From: Octopus vulgaris
Lineage: Eukaryota
Reading direction: 5' to 3'
DNA: 64,000 nucleotides
Assembly: GCA_951406725.2 (NCBI GenBank)
Contig: OX597816.1
Location: 119,040,001-119,104,000 of the forward strand
Shown: positions 54,599 through 64,000 of the stretch, one piece after another
Position numbering within the stretch: the stretch's first letter is position 1
How the letters are laid out: each line of letters opens with the position of its first letter
Notes under the pieces: model-generated
Told to the model about the DNA's origin: nothing
The model's input: the letters and a program-made list of their open reading frames with translations, nothing else
The model's database searches: none
Position numbers and translations under genes: made by a program

Positions 54599-55576
54599 TG
54601 ATCTACTTATGTCTGCATGTTTAAATGAATAGTTTATTCATTTTTTATAATGTAAAAATGTATTCTGTGATTCTTTTTTTTCACCGTTTATCCGCCATTT
54701 GGTTTTGTGATTCTCCATTCGTCTCGTTATTGCTTCATAAAAATACGGTGTATATGATAATAAATCTCAGTACCATCCCTACTATTACCCACTCCCAATT
54801 CTAAAAACATGTATACATGTAAAACACACGCACACATGCATACACACACGCACGTACACACACACACATACTTAAATATCTATATGTATGTGTGTGCATT
54901 TATTTAATATATATATATACATATATATATGGTAGTGTTTGCAAGGACACACACATTTATTTGTATATACCGTGTGCGCTCGCGTATCAGTGTGTATTTT
55001 TTGTCCATATCTTATATATTATTATATATGTGGCCAATGAGTTAATATATAGATACATAAACCCATATAGTCAACGACTTACAACCATACATACATGATT
55101 ACATGCATAGGTAAATTTGTAATATATCAAAAATTCAGTTACATACACACAAACACACAGGTAGACAGACAGACAGACAGACAGACAGATAGATAGATAG
55201 ATAGATAGATATATAGATAAAGTGGTACAAAAGTGACACATATATTACCATTTAGATAAACGAACTGTGCCAAATGTATTATTTTTATATGTACTCGTAT
55301 GTTTTTATGAACATTACCTTAATATTAGGGAAAATGCACACATGCACATATATATGGATATACACACATACGTATACATACATATACATACATATATATA
55401 CGTAAAAATACATATATGCCTATATATATATATTTACATATATGTGTAAAAATAAAAGATTATACACATATATACACACATATAGGTAAGTTTCAGTTCT
55501 AAAACATTATCCACGTTGACATACCTACGCATATACAGAGGGTTCCATACGTTTATATATACATATTTATGTATAT

Positions 55577-55631
<55 letters not shown>

Positions 55632-55759
55632 TGTGTCCGCGTGTGTGTGCATAGATAGATATACATTTCTGTACATAGCTGTGTGTATGTATGAATATGT
55701 ATTTATTTTTTGGTATGTATATTTATGTTTTATATTTGTGTGTGCGTATTTTTTTTTCT

Positions 55760-56127
55760 TTTATTCTTTTACTTGTTTCAGTTATTTGACTGCGGCCATG
55801 CTAGAGCATCACCTTTAGTCGAATGAATCGACCCTCAGGACTTATTCTTTGCAAACCTAGTACTTCTTCTATCAGACTCTTTTGCTGAACCGCTAGTTTA
55901 CGGGGGTGTAAACACACCAACATCGGTTGTCAAGTGATTGAAGAGGGACAAATAACGCACAAATATATACATAGATATATAGGATAGGCTTCTCTCAGTT
56001 TCCGTCCACCAAATGCTCTCATAAGGCTTTGGTCCGAGGCTATAGTATTAGACACCTGGCCAAGCAGTGGGACTGAACCCGGAACCGTGTGGTTGGGAAG
56101 CAAGCTTCTTACCACACAGCCATGCCT
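55760..56127 (-). mobile_element. composite SINE
   Basis: Homologous to 30024-30527. Confidence 0.8.
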
Positions 56128-56614
56128 ATATATTTATAACCATGATCACAGCACTTGAAGAAATTATCAATATATGGAATCATATTGCTTAAAACGTCTC
56201 TCAGTTAAAACAGCCCCGTAATTGTGAGGAGGTCGTTTGTTGAGCGACTGTATCTCAGTGACCTTATCATCTCAATATGCTTTATATTTAATGTTTTTAT
56301 GTACACATACACACGTAAGAACATATATATCGCAAATATCAAATAGGCGCTAAAGAAACAAGAAAATGGCGAAATATTATACTGATAACCCTGCCCTTCA
56401 TTTCTGCGCCCTCTTTTGTCTCTTTCTCTCTCTCTCTCCCTCTCTCTCTATCACTCACTCACTCAGTGTATCACTTAAGACTATGCATTTTTTAAATATC
56501 TTTATTATCTAGTCAATCAACCGGATCCCTGTAATGGAGGTAAAATAATGGTGAGAATTTGTAAATCGAGCATACAACGCATAAAGACATACATATATGC
56601 ATTCAAAAATACAC

Positions 56615-56661
<47 letters not shown>

Positions 56662-56720
56662 TATATTTATGTGTGTATACATACATATATATGCATATAC
56701 ATTGTGTACATTTATGTGTG

Positions 56721-56910
<190 letters not shown>

Positions 56911-57418
56911 TAACGTGTGTATTTATTTTTTTCTGCTATAACATAAACGTGCTCATTGCAGGATTGAAAGAAATTGTTTAGTATTTTTTATGTATTTGTA
57001 GTGGGAACTAGTGTAGGAATATAGAAGTAGTCCTTGGACTTCTTATGTATACATACAGACATATTTTTATAAGCATACACACATACACATACGCTCTTTC
57101 CCTCTCGTTGTTACTATCTCTCCCTATTACACACGCACACGCATATACAAGCCTGATTTTTACTGAACTTCATGGATGAATTACGAGCCTGTATGTCCTC
57201 GTTAAGAAATGATATATGGTCATTGCAGTAGTGAACAGTTCGCAAATGGCTGTTAGAAAAAGAGTAGGGAAAGAAAAATATTAGAAAAACACGCCATAGA
57301 AATAAATTTAAAAAAAAAAAAAATATATATATATATATACATACATACACACACACATATATATATATATAATATATATACATACATATATATATATATA
57401 CATACATACATACATACA

Positions 57419-57511
<93 letters not shown>

Positions 57512-57550
57512 GTAAACGTAAATGTATATATATATATGTGTGTATATATG

Positions 57551-57623
<73 letters not shown>

Positions 57624-57635
57624 CTATATATATAT

Positions 57636-58130
57636 ATTCCGGATTTGCAGGAAGAAAGTGGAGGTGAGTGATGACGTGATGACAGATTGGTGGATTGATG
57701 ACTTGTGTTGGAGTTGTTTTGTTATGACACGTCCGCTGCAAACGTGCAGATGTGTTCCGAGGAGTGCACCTGCTTGTATGCATATGTTTCTCTGAACAAA
57801 ATAAGTGTGTGTGTGTGTGTGTGTGTGTGCGTGTGCATGCGTGTGTTTGTGTGTGCGCGCACGTGTGTATATCGCATGCGAGGCCGTTATGTTACGAATC
57901 TGCCCAGTTACGGTGTGCTCAGAAGCAGAGGCTATAGCAGGCTGAATGAATAGTGTTCTGGGAAGACCTACTCCGTGTGTTTCCGAATAGCAAGACATTG
58001 AAATTCCTTCTCATCACGTCTTTGAAGTTTGTTATATACCGTTCTATATGTAAAGAATCGTTTAGAATATATAACTCTCGGATGTGACGATGTATATATT
58101 GCTCTGATAGATGTTCTTGATGAGACCTTA
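57636..58130 (-). mobile_element. possible Penelope-like 3' end, decayed
   Basis: Minus strand RKHTE*VF...FIQPA weakly resembles a PLE endonuclease C-terminus. Bounded by (TA)n. Confidence 0.3.
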
Positions 58131-58188
58131 GGATATATATATACATATATGTATGTATGTATGTAAGTATGTATGTATGTATGTATGT

Positions 58189-58545
58189 ATCTATTATATA
58201 AAATCCGTTCTGTCTGTCTTTGTGTGTGTCTTCTAGGATCTCAGGCATCCCCATCCGATTGCGCTCAAATTTGATATGTAGATACCGACGGTATCAGGGC
58301 GTGTATAAGTCTTGAAAAAATTACAAAAATCGATTCCAGGTGAGGAGGCAATCGATAAAGCCGTGGGAACGTGCATTTGTAAAATCGTTTTTCTTGGAAT
58401 AGAAAAAAGTCTATCTATATTTATTCTTTTGCTGGTGTCTCAAATTTAGGTTAAATCAGTTTCTCAAAAGGAAGGCCTATGGGACGGTCGGACAAGTTTT
58501 GAGAAAATTTGGTTTAAAATTTTGACAACTCAGCACCGTCCATTT
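58189..58545 (+). mobile_element. Helitron-like 5' fragment
   Basis: Starts A|TCTATTATATAAAT followed by TCTGTCTGT and CCGATT...AAATTTG, similar in design to the start at 10586. Confidence 0.5.
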
Positions 58546-58553
58546 ATATATAA

Positions 58554-58939
58554 TGGAAGCACTCCGTCGGTTACGACGACGAGGGTTCCGGTTGATCCGA
58601 ATCAACGGAACAGCCTGCTCGTGAAATTAACGTGTAAGTGGCTGAGCACTCCACAGACACGTGTACCCTTAACGTAGTTCTCGGGGATATTCAGCGTGAC
58701 ACAAAGAGTGACAAGGCCGGCCCTTTGAAATACAGGTACAACAGAAACAGGAAGTAAGAGTGAGAGAAAGTTGTGGTGAAAGAGTACAGCAAGGATCACC
58801 ACCATCCCCTGCCGGAGCCTCGTGGAGCTTCAGGTGATTTTGCTCAATAAACACTCACAACGTCCGGTCTGGGAATCGAAACCGCGATCCTATGACCGCG
58901 AGTTCGCTGCCCTAACCACTGGGCCATTGCGCCTCCACA
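58554..58939 (-). mobile_element. tRNA-derived SINE, well preserved
   Basis: Head reverse complement CCCTAACCACTGGGCCATTGCGCCTCC; tail shared with 1374-1699. Confidence 0.85.
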
Positions 58940-58955
58940 TTTACATATATATATA

Positions 58956-58989
<34 letters not shown>

Positions 58990-58991
<2 letters not shown>

Positions 58992-59656
58992 CTCCCTTAT
59001 TCCCCCTCCTTTCTTTCCCTCTCCATCCGTTTCCCCCCCCCTCTACGTTTCTCTATCTCTCTCACCTCCAGCCCCCTCGATCTGTCTCTTTCTTCTCCTC
59101 CCTCGTCCACCTTCTCTCTCTTTTCATCTGTCCCTTTCTCTTGTCTTTTGTTCTCACGTGACCGCTAGCCGCTGTTGAACGCTCTTTTCGTTCCAGCAGC
59201 CGTTGAAGCAACACGTACTTGTTCGTCTCCTGTGGCCATTGGCACAACTTCATAAGCTAGCCCCATGCTCAATTCGTCCTGTCGAAAGACCCTTGTCCTA
59301 CGTCCTGGTTTTGTTTTGTTGTTTATTCTTTATACTTTATTTTTACCGTTATTGTTTTACGTTTTTGTATTCTTATTGTTGTCATGTATTCTGTATTTTT
59401 GTTCGTGTACTTCGTTCGTTTTCCGTCCTCGTGTTGTATACATTCGAAGCTTTCTTCCAGGGGATCTAATGCACTTGGCTTAGATTTCCCGTGGCGGGCT
59501 GCCATATCGGAGCAATCTCAAGATTAATCAGCCGAAATTGCTAAGATGATCTGGTTCTTGACTGATGACTGAGGGCTTCGAATGTCCCGTCCTGTGGTTC
59601 TTGTGTCGTCTCTGTGGCGTTTCATGTTCTTGTCCATGTCTGTAATTATTTTTACT

Positions 59657-59660
<4 letters not shown>
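58990..59660 (+). mobile_element. non-autonomous element in (TA)n, Penelope-pLTR-like
   Basis: Pyrimidine tract, GC block, T-rich block, then hairpin-GAAA-N24-CTGATGA. Same layout as 28692-29682; second copy at 29702-29852. Confidence 0.55.
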
Positions 59661-59709
<49 letters not shown>

Positions 59710-59879
59710 AAGAGTGAGAGAGTGAGAGAGAGAAAAGGAGAGAGAAAGAGAGAGAGGGAGAGAGGGAGAGAGAGGAAGAGAGAGAGAGGGGGAGAGAGGG
59801 AGAGAGAGGAAGAGAGAGAGAGGGGGAGAGGGAGAATTCAAACTAAATTTCAGGACATTAAAGTAGTAGTCGAGAAATA

Positions 59880-60420
59880 GTTATCTGACATGGAGTGCTG
59901 GAAGCTATCTGAATATTGGAAAAGAGTTATCTCTATTATGATGATTCGTACCGGGTATCAAAATGCCGACATCATGATTCTTGCTCAACGTTCTGAGAAC
60001 ATTCTAAAGTCTGTAAGACGTGACACTGACAGCTGCATTGGCGACTACGAAGGGACACAGCAAGTGTTCTGACTGTACCCGCACGCTGGAATTCATCCCA
60101 ACATCATTGAACACAGCCTTAGATTCAATTCCTTAAGAGTTTTAAGTGATTCAGTGTCATTCATTAATCACACTACAGCTATGTTCCAGAAATTCAAGAA
60201 GAATGACACCCTTGTCATTCCCCCAAAGTGTCACAATCACTTTCTGAGTTGATCACTGCTGCTTAAATTTCTTAGGCTTTGGAGAAGAGGTGTGTATGGC
60301 GAGGGATTACTGTATCTCAATAAACAAGCGATACACAGCCGCTGATCTTACAGCAAGCAAAATTGCTAGTTCTAAAATCTGTATACGAGATGCAAGTAGT
60401 AACTCTACTGAAAAGTAACG
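59880..60420 (-). mobile_element. probable decayed LINE endonuclease fragment
   Basis: Minus-strand NDKGVILLEFL-like motif, otherwise heavily decayed. Confidence 0.35.
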
Positions 60421-61712
60421 ATTGTTACCACCTCAACGGATGGTTAACAACACACTATCTATGTACATTATATCGCAAACAAGGGAGCGAACAACTCCCA
60501 TCTTGATTAACAGACCTTTTATCAAGTCAATAATAGTTGACTATGAAGTAACAGCTGACTTACAAATACGGTTGTTAATTGTAATTATTTTGCCGGTTAT
60601 CTGAAGAAACTACAAATTTTGAAAAGCCTGGTGTTTCATAGTTTTAATAGAACATTTACTTTTTCGTGTCTTCTCCTAACGCGTCGAGCAGTTCGTTGTT
60701 TCTTTGCTAGGAACAATAAGTCTCACAGCCATTCAAGAATACATATAGTAAATTTGCGTGTTACATGCATACTTTCGACCGACGTTTTGTATTTGAAAGT
60801 TAGAGAGAAGACCCAGCTCTCATTACTTATGTTCTCATTGACAGCTAAGATCGATATTATTGATGTTTAGGTTCTAATTTCTGTAGAAAAAGAAAGCCGA
60901 AGGTAGGGAGGAAGTAACTGAGCTTTGAGCATTATAGAGGAAATATTGGGCAGAAAGGATTTACTGCAGGGTTTAAGCAGGCAAGATGTATGTATGTATG
61001 TATGTATGTATGTATGTATGTATGTATGTATGTATACTCCCCCCGCTGCTTAGGCGGGCAGGCCAACATTAGACCTGAACGGAACGCTAGTCCACCGTGG
61101 GGTCATCCATTTCCAGTTGAATGTACTGGAGTAATGTGAAATGAAGTAGTTTGTTTCAGAACACAATGCACCACCGGTCTGAGAATCAAGACCACGATTT
61201 TTCGACATTCTACTGAAAAGTTGATATATTGGCCAAGATAGCGCTTGTCGGCGATACTCCGGCGGGTGGGACACAGACATATACCATACAAACAAATCCA
61301 TTCCACACTGCACCTTTTGCGATACATCATAGAAAGGCTGGATAAAGTACCTGATTTGAGCGGGACCCTGATCAATTCCCATAATGTCAACCATCGTTAC
61401 TTGGCAGCTGTCTTCAAGACAGTCGGTTTCTAGCCAGTCTTCAGGGGCTGGATCGCTGCAATGTACAGACCACTTGTTCGGTGGTCGGAGTAATTCCCCA
61501 CATGTCGGAATCGTTCAGCATCATGCGATAAGTCCTCATGGGAGCTCCCCTCGCTCCCTTTCTGCACGCACCGACTCTATAGCCACTATTGCAGAAGAGA
61601 TGAAGTTTTTGAGGGGAATCCCGTCAGAATGAGGATGAAGAAAATCCGATTTTATGGATGACGTCACTTAGATACGTTACTATTGCTCCTTTTGTTTTCC
61701 TTTCGATGCAAT

Positions 61713-61771
61713 TTCTTCTTCTTCTTCTTCTTCTTCTTCTTCTTCTTCTTCTTCTTCTTCTTCTTCTTCTT

Positions 61772-61846
<75 letters not shown>

Positions 61847-61899
61847 TGTAGTAGTTGTAGTAGTAGTAGTAGTAGTAGCAGTAGTAGTAGTAGTAGTAG

Positions 61900-61932
<33 letters not shown>

Positions 61933-61957
61933 TAGCAGCAGCAGTAGTAGTAGTAGT
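61713..61957. repeat. compound (CTT)n(ATT)n(AGT)n(AGC)n microsatellite
   Basis: Directly visible. Confidence 0.95.
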
Positions 61958-62554
61958 AAGGTAGTAAAATGGCAGACCCATTAGAGAGTAGATAAAAACA
62001 ACAAAAAAAGCTTAGCGGTATTTTTTTCAGTCTTGACTCTCTGATTTCTGGTCCCCCGATGTCAACTGTAACTCTTATCCTTTTGCGATCGGTGAAATAA
62101 AGAAGTATCAGTCAAGTACTGGAGTCAATGGCATCATCTAACACCTTCTGAGCAACATTACTGCTTTTTTTTTTTTTTGCTTAAATCAGAAACCATTATT
62201 GCTAACGCGGTGTGTTGGCAAAATTGTTGAGACGTCAGAAAAATGCTTTTGCAGCGTATGTTCAGGCGGTTTATTCTCTGAGTTCAGATCCCGTCGAGTT
62301 TGCCTTTTTATTCCTCCAGAGTTGGGGAAATAAAGCACCAATCAAGTTTTGAGTATTCAATCGATTAATCTCTCCCATGAAAATTCTTGGATTGCGCCTA
62401 AATTAGAAACAAAAATGTGGGGGGGGGGGCATGCTAGCAGAATCTTTTGCACGCCGGACAGAATACGTAGCAGCATTTCTTCTAGCTTTACGTTCTGAGT
62501 TCAAATATCGCTGAAGTTGATTTTGCCTTTTATCCTTTCGGGATCGATAAAATA

Positions 62555-63818
62555 CGAAGGTGGGCTGAAAAATTCATAAGTTGACTATGAAGGTGTAATA
62601 CTAGAATTGTGAAATCTTGCATGCATTAATTTCAGCTCTTCTTATTAATAACCGCATCCTATTTTTTTCCCAGGTAAACTGATATCTGAGTGAATTCCAA
62701 TGTAACTATTAGCATCTCCTCTTGAAAATGGACAAAATTTGGCACCATACTGTTATCGATTACTTGCAGAAAAAGAGTTTAACCTCCAAGGACATAAGGA
62801 GATGACGGTCCAGCTTTATCAACAATGCAAAAGTGGCAGCTGAAATTAGGAGGGAAAGGGAGAGTCTTGAAGGTGACCTAAGGTCTGGACGTCCTGCAAC
62901 TGCCATCACCGAGGAAAACATTGAGCGTGTTCACCACAAGGTGATGGGTGACAGTCCACTGACTATAAATCAAATAACCAATGCTACTGGTATATTCTGC
63001 AAGAGAGTTGAGAATATTCTGCATAATGAACTTGGCACGACGAAGGTTTCTGCTCGGTGGGTGCCACATCATCTGGCACCTGATCAAAAGTGCACCAGGC
63101 TGATCACATCATGGAAAAATCTGACATTGCTTGAAGCAGATCCAGCTGGGATTTTTTAACGTTTCTTAAGCCAAGATGATTGTTGGCTTCGTCATTTTGA
63201 GCCCGAGACAAGGAGACAATACATGCAGTGGAAACATCCCTCCTCATCTACTCCAAAGAAGGCAATGATCGTCTCATCTACGGGGAAGGTGACAGCCTCA
63301 GTTTCTTGGAATGCAAAAGGCATTGTGTTCATTGACTAGCTTCAAAGAAGCCACAATATCAATAGAGAGTACTATGCCAACTTGCTGGATCAGTTACGAA
63401 AGGCTGTCATGGCCAAATGCACAGGAAAACTGACGAAAAGAGTTATGTTTCATCAGGACAATGCTCCAGCACACAAGTCTTTGGTTTCAGTGGCTGTTGT
63501 GCTTGACTGTGGCTTTTAAACTGATTGATCACCCTCACTATTTTCCTGATTTGTCTCTATCTGACTATCATCTGTTCTTCAACATGAAAAACATTTGTTT
63601 GGGAACCAGTATTGCAGTGATGATGACGTCATATTCGCTGATGATGACGTCTTTGACCAACAGGATGAAAGCTTCTTCACCAATGGGATCGAAGCGCAGC
63701 AACACCGATGGAAGAAGTGTGTGGATGGCAAGGGAGACTATGTTGAAAAACAAACCTCATCTGGTCACATTCCATGAGAGTATCTTGGTCAGCCTATGAA
63801 CTTTTCTGCCGACCCTCA
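62555..63818 (+). mobile_element. mariner (DD34D) transposon, full length, inactive
   Basis: TIRs CGAAGGTGGGCTGAAAAATTCATAAGTTGAC / GTCAGCCTATGAACTTTTCTGCCGACCCTCA with TA at both ends. Motifs RSGRP, WVPHHL, HQDNAPAH and PHYFPDLSLSDYHLF. Confidence 0.92.
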
Positions 63819-64000
63819 TAAGTATCAGTCGTATACTGGGGTTGACGTAATCGACTAACTCCATCCTACAAAATATCGTGCCTTCTGTCTATAGAAGAAA
63901 GAATTAATATCAGTTGTAAACAAAGAATTACTGATTTCAAACAACTTTCTGCTTTGTGTGCTTATAATCAAGAAAAGTAAGCAAACAAAGGCAAACGCAG

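Noticed and set aside
60980-60990. AGGCAAGATGT match to the miR-31 5' end
   Set aside because: It runs straight into (ATGT)n and has no hairpin.

Overview
This is 64 kb of AT-rich, non-coding animal DNA, most likely intron or gene desert. I judge it to be a coleoid cephalopod (Octopus-like) from recognising the SINE/LINE families and the extreme microsatellite density, not from a search. I found no credible host protein-coding exon; almost all listed ORFs are translations of microsatellites. Recognisable content: many tRNA-derived SINEs; two full-length but decayed mariner transposons, each nested in a SINE; decayed LINEs (CR1-like, RTE-like including a 3' end with C2H2 fingers, L1/Tx1-like, and R4/Dong-like pieces beside (TAA)n arrays); a head-to-tail Helitron-like array with an internal 180-bp tandem repeat; and several minisatellites. 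The most notable signal is a set of short ORF-less elements, mostly in (TA)n tracts, with Penelope-like pLTR architecture. These comprise near-perfect fold-back palindromes with a one-sided extension (24.6, 27.9 and 45.3 kb, plus decayed ones at 6.7 and 23.1 kb) and one direct-repeat version (28.7-29.7 kb). The 24.6-kb palindrome carries an intact minimal hammerhead ribozyme motif on both strands. Three other element families share a swapped GAAA-N24/25-CTGANGA hammerhead-core arrangement that may be an undescribed RNA motif; that last point is speculative.
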